A stretch of DNA of 26,669 nucleotides, from the NCBI GenBank assembly GCA_016840065.1, contig JAEOTB010000033.1:1-26669 (forward strand). Direction: 5' to 3'. This document shows, one piece after another, positions 8,691 to 17,598 of this stretch. Source of the DNA: Candidatus Hermodarchaeota archaeon. Its GTDB lineage: Archaea > Asgardarchaeota > Hermodarchaeia > Hermodarchaeales > Hermodarchaeaceae. Position 1 is the first letter of the stretch. Each line of letters opens with the position of its first letter. The position numbers were made by a program, and so were the translations under genes. The notes under the pieces are model-generated. The model saw nothing but the letters and a program-made list of their open reading frames with translations, was not told the origin of the DNA and did no database searches.

Positions 8691-8708
8691 GAGGAGGATG
8701 AATGAGAA

Positions 8709-10895
8709 ATGAATCTACGTACGAGAAGGATAACACAATTAGTACTCGCCCTAATCGTCTTAGGAGCGGGTGTACCACTGTCGGGGAGGAGTCTTCCACC
8801 CAATCAAGGATCTACCACGAAACCAGTATTCTCCCTGACCACATTCGAAGGTAGAGAGTTTTCACTACAAGCCCTCCCCCGAATGGAAGAGTCTAGGGTA
8901 GGTGTGAGAGCCCCTACCGGCTCCGCCAACGTTTCAATAACAAGTGACGCAGATTTCTCAGCGCAAGGCTTTCCTGGTTCAGGCACGCCCAGCGACCCTT
9001 ACCGGATTGCAAATCTGACAATTGACGTGAACCGTACGTTGTACAGCTACGGTATCATGGTGTACAACACTACGGCGTATTTCCGCATCGAGAATTGTAC
9101 TATACGCAACGCCACGCAAGCAACATTTAGCGCTGGAATTCTTATCTACGAGGTTAACTATGCCCAAGTCGTAAACAACACCGTGACAAACTGTTCAAAT
9201 GGAATTTACCTCTACGACTCCCAGTTTTCAGACATTTTCGAAAATATTTGCACCTACAATGATCTTCCGCATGAGAGTGCTGGCATCCGCCTGACCTATG
9301 CCTACAATACTACAGTTGCAAGGAACAACTGTACATCCAATTACCACGGAATCAAGTTATTCGCTGCGCATAACTCCACACTAACAAACAATCTTTGTAC
9401 ACTTAACGGTGCAGGAATCGAACTCAGTACGACACATCATTACTTAGTCGCCAGTAACAATTGTACCAGTAACGGCGTTGGTATCAGTACTGAACACTCC
9501 GAGTATGGTATTGTGAGGAATAACAATTGCAGCGGTAATGCGGGGACTGGGATAGATTTGTACTCTGTCGGATACTCGGGAGATGAAACGATTGCGCGGT
9601 TTGAAGATAACCTCTGTAATGATAATGGCTACACAGGTTTTTGGATCTACGATTCGAATGGTATTATTCTGTCCAATAACACGTGTAATACTAACGGCCA
9701 CGACTCCATTCATGATGGGGCAGGGATTTATTCATACGCCTCATCATATTTAACATTCGTTAACAACACGTGTAACTACAACGAGTACGGCATCCTCCCA
9801 AGTTGGTCTAGTATCATTACTCATAACTTAGTAGCGCATAACACGATGTACGGTCTTCTTGTGAGTAGTACGAATTCGCTCATATTATTCAATATCTTCG
9901 AGAATAATACCTTGAACGTCTTTGAACCGTGGTATAGGACGCGCTTGAACACCTTTGATTATAACTACTACTCTGACTATGCTGGATTTGACGCTGACCG
10001 TGATGGAGTTGGAGACACACCGTATTTAATCCCGAGTTCCTCCGAACACCTAGTATTTGTCTGGGATTATCATCCACTAGCACAACCTTTCAGGAGTGAG
10101 GCTCTTGAAGTCGTGGTCAGTTCCCATAATATCCGCGAGGCTATAGTGTTCTTTTTATTCCCTGTTGTTTTCACTCTCCTTGTCGCTGCCCTCACAGCCT
10201 TCTACATGAAACGAAGAATGATCTCAGAGAAGGAGTCCAGTATCTTCTTCAAATTCGGATACCTCGGATTCGTCCTACTCTTAGCCTCGCTTCTCCTCAA
10301 TAGAGTCTTCTTCGTGGATCTGTTCAACTTTCACCCAGTTAAGGCTGTACTCCTGGGCTTTTCTCTAGCAACCTACTCGCTCTGTAGCTTGGTCTTTCTG
10401 GGTTTGGTCACCGCGTACAGGTCAAAGCTAGGAGTTGTGGCGTTTATCACGACGATGGTCGCAGTCTTTTCTGTGGTGATTACAGGTCCGTTCGTTATCG
10501 TCCCGTACATACCTGGTGGGCTAGTGTTTGTGGGGATTGGGCTGCTGTTGTGTTATGTTATGCTGGTTTCTTGGAGTTTCCCAGTAATCCGGCATAGAGC
10601 GAGAATCGGACACCGACACACCTCACTGATTGTGCTGGTGGGGCTGTTCTTCCTTCTCGGCGGGCTTCTCCAAATAGATCCAGTTGGCTTTGCATATAAG
10701 ATTAGTAGGCTTCAAAGACTTCTGCCATGGTATCCTGAATTCTTCTTTGAAGATTGGTTCTGGTATCTCTGGGCACCATATGTTTGGATACCCTTCAATC
10801 CCCTCGCCACCATCTTCCTATCCATAGCATCTTTACTTGTCTTTGCTGTGTGGGTAGCGAAATTAGTTAAATCAAAGCGAGGATATGACAAATAA
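8709..10895 (+). CDS. Right-handed parallel beta-helix (NosD/CASH-like) ectodomain protein with a C-terminal multi-pass membrane domain
   Basis: Signal peptide; GFPGSGT.SDPY.I; many NN.C..N..GI repeats; NYYSDY.G.D.D.DGVGDTPY; about 7 C-terminal TM segments; SD GAGGAGG. Confidence 0.85.
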   Translation: MNLRTRRITQLVLALIVLGAGVPLSGRSLPPNQGSTTKPVFSLTTFEGREFSLQALPRMEESRVGVRAPTGSANVSITSDADFSAQGFPGSGTPSDPYRIANLTIDVNRTLYSYGIMVYNTTAYFRIENCTIRNATQATFSAGILIYEVNYAQVVNNTVTNCSNGIYLYDSQFSDIFENICTYNDLPHESAGIRLTYAYNTTVARNNCTSNYHGIKLFAAHNSTLTNNLCTLNGAGIELSTTHHYLVASNNCTSNGVGISTEHSEYGIVRNNNCSGNAGTGIDLYSVGYSGDETIARFEDNLCNDNGYTGFWIYDSNGIILSNNTCNTNGHDSIHDGAGIYSYASSYLTFVNNTCNYNEYGILPSWSSIITHNLVAHNTMYGLLVSSTNSLILFNIFENNTLNVFEPWYRTRLNTFDYNYYSDYAGFDADRDGVGDTPYLIPSSSEHLVFVWDYHPLAQPFRSEALEVVVSSHNIREAIVFFLFPVVFTLLVAALTAFYMKRRMISEKESSIFFKFGYLGFVLLLASLLLNRVFFVDLFNFHPVKAVLLGFSLATYSLCSLVFLGLVTAYRSKLGVVAFITTMVAVFSVVITGPFVIVPYIPGGLVFVGIGLLLCYVMLVSWSFPVIRHRARIGHRHTSLIVLVGLFFLLGGLLQIDPVGFAYKISRLQRLLPWYPEFFFEDWFWYLWAPYVWIPFNPLATIFLSIASLLVFAVWVAKLVKSKRGYDK

Positions 10896-11059
10896 TGAGT
10901 AGAGCCGTGGGTACGTGCTGTAAGATCGTGTTTGTAGGCTTAATACTGACCATTTGCATCGTGCAAATACCAACTTCGTTGGCTCAGCTAGTCCATTCTG
11001 AGACCGATTTCTGACTATCCGTCAACGGAGGATGAACTAATCTTTCGAATATCAGTTCT

Positions 11060-11572
11060 TCATTGGGGTATGTCAAACACGCGTGCTGCTTCTTTCTTCT
11101 TTCTCTCAGCTAGTGGCGCAGTAGCGGCTGTGGCTGGGCCCAGGCACCCTGGTCCTAGGATAAGGTCAATCTCATGTAGGACTCGCTGATAGAGCTGCAC
11201 TCGTTGATCAGGTTTTTCTTGGTATTCAGCCAAGGCGGCAGCGATGACCTCGTCAATCTCCTTCTCGAATTCCCGCAGGCGTTCCCCGATGTAGGCTCCA
11301 GTTGCCCTATCTGCTTCGGCGATGATTCTCCTTCGTTCCTGGGGGATTTCAGCTGAGCTCCATCCGCTTAGGGCTGGTGTGGCAATCGATTGAACTGGTA
11401 CGTGCTCTGATAGCATCAGGAAGCAGTCATATGCCAGGTCCTGGACCTCCTTCTCAATCTCAGGGGGCGGGTTCATCTTGAGGATTCTCTCAAAGCAATC
11501 TGATGCCTTGCTCCACCTCTTCTGTTCCATTAGCTGTTTCCCCTCACTGAGAAGGGCTGTTATCTCGTCCAT
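11060..11572 (-). CDS. Helical hypothetical protein with an N-terminal TPR-like motif
   Basis: LLSEGKQLMEQKRWSKASDCFERILKMNP fits the TPR consensus. Confidence 0.7.
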   Translation of the reverse strand: MDEITALLSEGKQLMEQKRWSKASDCFERILKMNPPPEIEKEVQDLAYDCFLMLSEHVPVQSIATPALSGWSSAEIPQERRRIIAEADRATGAYIGERLREFEKEIDEVIAAALAEYQEKPDQRVQLYQRVLHEIDLILGPGCLGPATAATAPLAERKKKEAARVFDIPQ

Positions 11573-11659
11573 CGCTAATCATCATATCTAGTACAGGTTC
11601 AATCCTTTTTTACTTGTTCTTCTCTTGGATATCTCGGATGAGTCAGCGCATATTGGGGT

Positions 11660-12439
11660 TTGTCTTTGAGCGAGAAACATAGTGGTCTCAATGTTTCGGT
11701 GTATTTTGGGAAGCATCTTGTTGAATTAGCCAACATTCATGAGGGAGCTAGAGTTCTTGATGTGGGGTGTGGTTGGGGAGCCTCACTGTTTCCAGCTGCT
11801 CAAAAGGTTGGTCCACAGGGACATGTCACTGGAATCGAGATCGACGAGAAATCTGTAGAGATCGTGGAGACTAGGTTCAAGGAAAGGGGTGTCACCAATG
11901 CTAGCATTCTCCTGATGGATGCTTGGAAGATGACCTTCGATGATGCCTCCTTCGACTATGTGCTTGGTGGTGCCGTCATCGGGTTCCTATTGAAGGAGGG
12001 CACACAGGAGCTCTGCCCGGAAACCCATCGTGTGCTGAAGAAAGGTGGGCGTGTCGGGTTCTCGACCTGGAAAACGATGGAGGACCTAGATTGGATGCTG
12101 GAATCTCTAAAGATGGGGTTCCCTGAGGTCCCGGAGAGCGAGTTGAGTGTCTACAGTCGCTACTCACCTGACGTATTGGCTGCTATCCTCTCTCAAGCAG
12201 GGTTTCACCAAATCACCAAGCACACTATTGGAACCGAATTCCTCTACAAGGACAAGGAGACATGGTGGAAGGATATGCAGCTATACACCTGGAAACCCTT
12301 CTACGACAAGATTGACGCAAGAGGTCCAGGCAAACTGGAGGAATTCAAGGACGCCGCATACAACTCACTACTGGATAACAGCCACAACAGCGATGGCTCA
12401 TACAATGTGACTACATACTTCATCTTTGGTACAAAATAA
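11660..12439 (+). CDS. Class I SAM-dependent methyltransferase, paralog of 3736-4515
   Basis: VLDVGCGWG; shares SGL.VS.YFG..L.EL, SLFPAA..VG.QG.V.GI.IDE, RVLK.GGR.GF.TW and I.ARGPG.LE.FK.A.Y with 3736. Confidence 0.9.
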   Translation: MSLSEKHSGLNVSVYFGKHLVELANIHEGARVLDVGCGWGASLFPAAQKVGPQGHVTGIEIDEKSVEIVETRFKERGVTNASILLMDAWKMTFDDASFDYVLGGAVIGFLLKEGTQELCPETHRVLKKGGRVGFSTWKTMEDLDWMLESLKMGFPEVPESELSVYSRYSPDVLAAILSQAGFHQITKHTIGTEFLYKDKETWWKDMQLYTWKPFYDKIDARGPGKLEEFKDAAYNSLLDNSHNSDGSYNVTTYFIFGTK

Positions 12440-12549
12440 CAGCAGGGAATCTCTGTTTTTTGATTCCTCAAGTACATGCTAAAACGTATTTAGGAGATGT
12501 AAGGCTAGAAACTGACAGCGTTTTAACCTAACTACATGAATAAGATTTC

Positions 12550-13362
12550 TTGGTGGATGATAAAATGACGAAGTCACTCGAAAAATACCATCAATTAGGA
12601 AAGAAGCTCACTGAAGAACTTCGATTACAGACGTTTCCCTTGGCTATCAAGCTGGTCAAGAGTGTAGACGAGTTCCCCGAAAAGACAAGGCGCCCCAGCA
12701 TGCTGGGTATGCGGATTGCGATGTGTCAGGGGTTCACCATGTCACGACGGATTGGCTGGACCTTGGGTCTTACCGCTGAGGATATGAAGTGTACTCCGAA
12801 TCTACTCGCCTACGGCTTCGTCGAGCTAGAGGACCCCAAAGCCCTAGTCGAAGCCTTTCAGACGATGGGCTATCACAAGTCAGATAAAGCGATTTCACAG
12901 TGGCAAGCGCAAATCCCAAGGCTCTCGACTGATGAGTACGTAGGGGTTGTGATTTCCCCACTCGGTTGGACAAAGGTTCAGCCGGATGTTGTCCTCATCT
13001 ACGGGAATTCTGCCCAAGTCATGCGGCTGATCCAGGCTGCTAACTACTCTAAGGGTGAGACAGTCACTTCATCGTTTTCAGGGTTCCTGGCAAGCTGTGG
13101 TGAAGGGGTTCTACGACCCTTTCTAACCAAACGCCCTCAAGTAGTGATACCCGGCGGAGGAGATCGGGTCTTTGCCGCAGCCCAAGACCACGAGGTCATC
13201 TTCAGTATTCCCTCAGAACAACTCGAGGAAACAGTAGGAGCCCTCAGGAAGGCAGGATACGCTGCAGGTATGCGTTATCCAGTACCCATTAGTTTGACAG
13301 AACCACCGATGGTACCCGAGGCTTGGGCCATACTTGACCGAAAGCTCAAACCAAGAAAATAG
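12550..13362 (+). CDS. DUF169 (COG2043) family protein
   Basis: P.AIKLV, CQ....RR.G......EDMKC, PL......PDVVLIYGN.AQ.MRLIQA, SCGEG, PG.GDR.FA...D.E. Confidence 0.85.
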   Translation: MVDDKMTKSLEKYHQLGKKLTEELRLQTFPLAIKLVKSVDEFPEKTRRPSMLGMRIAMCQGFTMSRRIGWTLGLTAEDMKCTPNLLAYGFVELEDPKALVEAFQTMGYHKSDKAISQWQAQIPRLSTDEYVGVVISPLGWTKVQPDVVLIYGNSAQVMRLIQAANYSKGETVTSSFSGFLASCGEGVLRPFLTKRPQVVIPGGGDRVFAAAQDHEVIFSIPSEQLEETVGALRKAGYAAGMRYPVPISLTEPPMVPEAWAILDRKLKPRK

Positions 13363-13430
13363 ACCTCAGGAAAATCTTCCCAGATACAACATACAATCAA
13401 AAGACTGGCTCGCAGCTCACAGCAGTCTCG

Positions 13431-13478
13431 AAAAAAAAGGGAAAAGGGGAGGTTTCTAGCCTCCCAAACGCGTTTGGA
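13431..13478 (-). terminator. Terminator of the 13479 gene (duplicated)
   Basis: Minus-strand GGGAGGC-TAGAA-ACCTCCC hairpin followed by a T-tract; overlaps the palindrome CCAAACGCGTTTGG. Confidence 0.75.
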
Positions 13479-14399
13479 CTATTTTCCTCGTTTTGACCGA
13501 TAGATCAGTAAGAAGATAATGATACAGATCACGATCACAACAGCGACGACAGCGATGATGATTGGCAGATTTGCAGCCGGGTTGATAGCGCCGGTGTAGG
13601 CGGTGGGAGTGGCTGCAAGGCTATAGTCCACTAGAGTGAGGTTACCAGACATGAAAATCTCTGTATAATCCCACATACTGTAAGGATAGAGGTTCACATA
13701 GTAGTCGAAGTTGATCTGGCAAAGGAAGCCGAGGCTCCACTCCCAGATAATCTCAAATTCGACTGTCATGTCCCAATAGCCGCTATAGGGTGGGTAAAAT
13801 ATTGACTGGTTTTCGTAGTACAGATAGTCAAAGCCAATCTTAACGGTACTTAGCTGGTTCAGGCCAACGGTGAAGGTTGGACCTGCCATCACTGGAATAC
13901 CGAATGCCATGTAGGTGTTGTTCTCATAGGGTGGTGAACTCTGTGAGTAGCCAAACTGAAGAGTGTCACCAGGTATAAGGCCTGGTGTAATGTAGACGAT
14001 GTCGCTGAACCAGAATGGCGCGTATTCAGTCCAGTCCATTGGGTTCATGGGGTGGATGTGGAGTATTGTATCTTCGTCATAGTGGTGCATTAACGCTGTC
14101 CAGTTTGACAAACCTGTGTATGGACCGAAGATGTCTGATGGACCGACCCACGTTGCAGTGGCGTTAGCATAGTACATGTCGTCTGTATGGTTCTGGATGA
14201 CGTGGGAAAAGTCTACTTGAATGTCATAGTCATCATCCGGTGGTCCAACTGCATACTTGAACAAGGCGTCAGCTTTGAATTCATAGTCTAGTTGGTCGTT
14301 GTCTGCGGGGAATGTTCCTTGGGAAGCAGCAGGTGTCGCTAGTGAGATCAGTAGAAAGGCGCATAGGGTCAAAGCAAGGATTGGTACTAGTTTTCTCAA
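13479..14399 (-). CDS. Secreted, C-terminally anchored cell-surface (glyco)protein, tandem copy A
   Basis: Signal peptide; Tyr/Asp/Trp-rich ectodomain with several N-x-S/T sequons; C-terminal TM and basic tail RSKRGK. Confidence 0.85.
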   Translation of the reverse strand: MRKLVPILALTLCAFLLISLATPAASQGTFPADNDQLDYEFKADALFKYAVGPPDDDYDIQVDFSHVIQNHTDDMYYANATATWVGPSDIFGPYTGLSNWTALMHHYDEDTILHIHPMNPMDWTEYAPFWFSDIVYITPGLIPGDTLQFGYSQSSPPYENNTYMAFGIPVMAGPTFTVGLNQLSTVKIGFDYLYYENQSIFYPPYSGYWDMTVEFEIIWEWSLGFLCQINFDYYVNLYPYSMWDYTEIFMSGNLTLVDYSLAATPTAYTGAINPAANLPIIIAVVAVVIVICIIIFLLIYRSKRGK

Positions 14400-14479
14400 T
14401 AGTTCTCCCTCAATAGGTACCTAGGTTTTTTTGAGGTAACTTCCTTATTCAGCACTGCTAAGCTAAAAGGCTTTCTCGT
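14376..14479. repeat. 104-bp exact direct repeat (start, SD and promoter), copy 1
   Basis: Identical to 15485-15588 by manual comparison. Confidence 0.9.
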
Positions 14480-14540
14480 AGGCATAATTACGGGTTTAAC
14501 AAGCACAAGTACCAGTTAGAATAGAGAGCAAGGGTCTCAA

Positions 14541-14590
14541 AAGAAAAAAAGAGAAAGAGGGAGGTTTCTAGCCTCCCAAACGCGTTTGGA
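14541..14590 (-). terminator. Terminator of the 14591 gene (duplicated)
   Basis: 14559-14600 is identical to 13447-13488. Confidence 0.75.
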
Positions 14591-15508
14591 CTATTTTCCT
14601 TTCCTTGACCGCCAGTACAGGAAGATTATGATGATAACCACGATAATGATTACAGCGGCAACGGCTGCCATAATGATTGGCAAGCCAGCAGCACCAGCTC
14701 CAGCGCCGATGTAGGCAGCGGGAGTGTCGGTAAGACTGTAATCAACAAGCGTCAGGTTACCAGATGCGAAAATCTCTGTTGGAGCCCAGGGGTCATATGG
14801 CCGAAGGTTAATGTAGTAATCGAAGTTAATCTGGCATAGGAAGCCGAGGCTCCACTCCCAGATAATTTCGAAGTCTACGGTCATATCCCAGTAGTCATTG
14901 CCTGTATATATTGTGTTGTTAGCGTAGTATAGGTAGTCTAAGCCGATTTCGACTGTGTTAAGCAGAGTAGGACCAACGGCGAAGTCTGGACCTTGTGTCA
15001 CTGGAATACCAACAGCCATGTAGGAGTTGTTCTCATAGGGTGGACCACTGCTGTCTGAGTAACCGAGTCTGACACTGTCACCAGGTACAAGACCCGGCTC
15101 GATGAAGAATAGGTCACTCGTCCAGAAGGGCGCGTATTCAGACCAGTCTTCAGGGTTCACCATGATGAGTTGTGGTATTTCTCCAGTTTGATAGTGGTGT
15201 AGGAGTGCGGTCCAGTTTGACAAACCGGTGTATGGACCGAAGATGTCTGTTGGACCGACCCAGGTTGCGGTGACATTAGCCCAGTAGAGGTCACCAGAGG
15301 AGTTCTGGATAACATGGCTAATGTCGACCTCGATGTCATAGTCATAGTCTGGTGGTCCATGTGCAAATTTCATCAGGTAGTCCATCTTGAATTCATAGTC
15401 TAGTCGATCGTTGTCATGGGGGAATGCTCTAGCAGGAATAGGTGTCGCTAGTGTTACTAGAAGGAAGGCGCATAGGGTCAAAGTAAGGATTGGTACTAGT
15501 TTTCTCAA
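14591..15508 (-). CDS. Secreted, C-terminally anchored cell-surface (glyco)protein, tandem copy B
   Basis: Colinear paralog of 13479 (DIFGPYTGLSNWTAL, FEIIWEWSLGFLCQINFDYY, SGNLTLVDYSL). Confidence 0.85.
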   Translation of the reverse strand: MRKLVPILTLTLCAFLLVTLATPIPARAFPHDNDRLDYEFKMDYLMKFAHGPPDYDYDIEVDISHVIQNSSGDLYWANVTATWVGPTDIFGPYTGLSNWTALLHHYQTGEIPQLIMVNPEDWSEYAPFWTSDLFFIEPGLVPGDSVRLGYSDSSGPPYENNSYMAVGIPVTQGPDFAVGPTLLNTVEIGLDYLYYANNTIYTGNDYWDMTVDFEIIWEWSLGFLCQINFDYYINLRPYDPWAPTEIFASGNLTLVDYSLTDTPAAYIGAGAGAAGLPIIMAAVAAVIIIVVIIIIFLYWRSRKGK

Positions 15509-15588
15509 TAGTTCTCCCTCAATAGGTACCTAGGTTTTTTTGAGGTAACTTCCTTATTCAGCACTGCTAAGCTAAAAGGCTTTCTCGT
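15485..15588. repeat. 104-bp exact direct repeat, copy 2
   Basis: Identical to 14376-14479. Confidence 0.9.
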
Positions 15589-15672
15589 GGGCGTTTAATC
15601 CCTTTTTAAGACTCTTGGACGGGTTCTTTGGTGTTTCGGGTGTTTTCTGGCGATGGTTGTGTGTGCCACCAT

Positions 15673-15815
15673 CAAGATTATGTACTTGAACCATGTAAAT
15701 TACCAGGAAACAGGCTATGGCCTGAGGGAAAGGTCCTGAAACAAACCCAGTCCAGCTACCCAATCAGTAACTCAGCTAGGAATCTAATAATGCAGACTGA
15801 CCCAACTGACTCGGG
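15673..15815 (+). promoter_or_regulatory. Promoter plus conserved 5' leader motif, copy 2
   Basis: CAAGATTATGTAC, GGCCTGAGGGAAAGGTCCT (15719-15737), ACAAAC, stem CAGTC/GACTG, CCAACTGACTC. Confidence 0.6.
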
Positions 15816-15861
15816 AATGCTGCTCACCTAGTCAAGGTTGCATCAAGGAGGCTTTCAGGTA

Positions 15862-16284
15862 ATGGCTACTTCCGGTTATCTACGACTTGAAATCAAAGGA
15901 TATAGCATAGAAGAGATAGTGAAAGTTTTACAGCCTAAGTGGTGTGGCTCAGTATTCACCAAGCTCTATGAACACGAGGGAAGAACGGTCCTAGGAATAC
16001 TGATGGGTTTAAAGTATAGTTGGTGGAACGATGCTGAAACAGGCGTTACCATCATCCTGCGCCGTGAACCTTACAAGACTGTATTGGAGGTTATTGGCTT
16101 CGCGGGAAAGCGAGGTTTCGGTGATGGGGGACGGAACAAGAATATAGTGAGGGATGTTGAGAAGATACTAGTCGAGAGGGGGTTCCCCGTTGTAAGGGTC
16201 CTCTTCACCGAGCTTGCACAACATTACAGAGTGGGAGAGGACCTGTACCCGATGATCGAGTCGATACCAGGAGATGAACGCTGA
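15862..16284 (+). CDS. Soluble alpha/beta protein, DUF6054-like; first gene of the membrane-protein operon
   Basis: SD AAGGAGG at 15845 favours ATG 15862; the pattern KY.......VT........T..E.I...G..G....G....V..VE.IL recalls DUF6054 (from memory). Confidence 0.6.
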   Translation: MATSGYLRLEIKGYSIEEIVKVLQPKWCGSVFTKLYEHEGRTVLGILMGLKYSWWNDAETGVTIILRREPYKTVLEVIGFAGKRGFGDGGRNKNIVRDVEKILVERGFPVVRVLFTELAQHYRVGEDLYPMIESIPGDER

Positions 16285-16606
16285 AATGATAACGCTAGTG
16301 CTCACAGTCATCGAGTGGATAATTATCGCTGTGGTTACTGTGTACCTTATCTGGTGGGGGCGCCGCCTCCAGACACTGAAGATGAGGCGGTTGTATCAAA
16401 TCTGTTTGGTCCTCCTCGTATGCATTCTGTTAGCGCGTTCTATCGAACGATTCATCCGCTTCGCGGGGCAACCCCACTTCATATCCGTCTTCTACTTCAG
16501 TATCGCAACCCACCTAATCGGACTCGGTGTCATGGTCTTCCTGTTACCATACTTGTCACGCCGCCAAGACGAAATATTCCTAGCCGAAGAAAGAGGAGGT
16601 GGATGA
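16274..16606 (+). CDS. Small 3-TM membrane protein
   Basis: Three hydrophobic segments; overlaps the upstream stop; ends in the SD for the next gene. Confidence 0.75.
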   Translation: MNAEMITLVLTVIEWIIIAVVTVYLIWWGRRLQTLKMRRLYQICLVLLVCILLARSIERFIRFAGQPHFISVFYFSIATHLIGLGVMVFLLPYLSRRQDEIFLAEERGGG

Positions 16607-17109
16607 ACATGACGGTTGACTTGATATTCATGAGTTTTATCTGGGTGTCTCTTGCCCTCGCGGTGTTGATGGGTATTCTAGGTCTGGTGCTGATACCACG
16701 CGTACCTGAACCCAAGAATAAACTTCTCCTGACGTTGATGGTAGGGGAGATGATCCACTACCTGATATATGGGGCGCTGGTTGTATTCGATACAACTACA
16801 AGAGCCTACAATTTCTCTTCCTATTTCCAAGAGTGGCTAGTTGACCCACCGACCCCTCTCGAACGTAGTCTAGACTTATTCTTCACCGCGGTTCTCCCTG
16901 GCTTACTTTCTGTAGCTTCCATCCTTATTGTGATGGTTGTGTCTTTCGGTCTGATACTGACGAGGCAGCGGCTCTCTGGTGGCTTGTTGTTTGTTGCTGG
17001 AATTCTCGTCATCTGGACTCTTGCCGGGGGGTTAATCATCATCGGTACGGCAATCTATGTACTTAGGAACCATGAGATGTTTCAAGAACCAAGTAAAGGA
17101 GATGAATAG
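16603..17109 (+). CDS. Multi-pass membrane protein (168 aa; start corrected from 16315)
   Basis: SD GAGGAGGT and ATGA overlap at 16603-16606; 4-5 TM segments. Confidence 0.75.
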   Translation: MNMTVDLIFMSFIWVSLALAVLMGILGLVLIPRVPEPKNKLLLTLMVGEMIHYLIYGALVVFDTTTRAYNFSSYFQEWLVDPPTPLERSLDLFFTAVLPGLLSVASILIVMVVSFGLILTRQRLSGGLLFVAGILVIWTLAGGLIIIGTAIYVLRNHEMFQEPSKGDE

Positions 17110-17112
17110 GAT

Positions 17113-17598
17113 ATGGAGGAGGAATCACAATCAGAGTATGATGATGAGAAATACACTATCACGATACGGGATGAAACATTAGCTAGGATTGCTCTTGTAA
17201 TCTTCGGTGTTCTGGTGCTGCCCTTAGTTTGGTTAGGTTACATTCTCATAACGCTCAACCTAGTCTGGGTTCTCATAGTCGGGAGTTTCCTAGCCTTCTG
17301 GTTCCTGGTCTATGCGGTGTTGGACTACTATGTACGCTCCCGGACAACAAGCAAAGCCAAGCGATTCATGGTCAGGTTCCTCCCAGCTTTACCGTTGACA
17401 CTAAGTCCGATAATAACATATTTTTTCGCTAGACGTGGATGGCCCTGGCAAGAGATGTGGATACCGGGTGTTACTAGTTCGATTTTCGTGTTTCTGATGA
17501 TTATTGAATCGGTGCTGCTCTGTGGTCTTCTACTGGCTGCAAGGCTTGAGAGAAGGTATCCCCCGCTCGAACCAGAAAAAGGAGGTAAGTCATCTTGA
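17113..17598 (+). CDS. 4-TM membrane protein, array paralog 1
   Basis: 4 TMs; IES.LL and C-terminal RLERRYP motif. Confidence 0.8.
   Translation: MEEESQSEYDDEKYTITIRDETLARIALVIFGVLVLPLVWLGYILITLNLVWVLIVGSFLAFWFLVYAVLDYYVRSRTTSKAKRFMVRFLPALPLTLSPIITYFFARRGWPWQEMWIPGVTSSIFVFLMIIESVLLCGLLLAARLERRYPPLEPEKGGKSS

Noticed and set aside
13479-15508. Diversity-generating retroelement template/variable repeat pair
   Set aside because: Both copies are full genes, differences are not adenine-specific, and no reverse transcriptase is in the window
15719-15746. Hammerhead ribozyme or TPP/c-di-GMP riboswitch in the leader (CUGA...GAAAC)
   Set aside because: The core is CUGAGGG, not CUGANGA; copy 1 has GAGAC; other diagnostic elements are missing
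16315-16602. N-terminal 96 aa of the 264-aa ORF in the track
   Set aside because: Overlaps the 3-TM gene in another frame and has non-protein-like composition; SD plus ATGA overlap places the start at 16603
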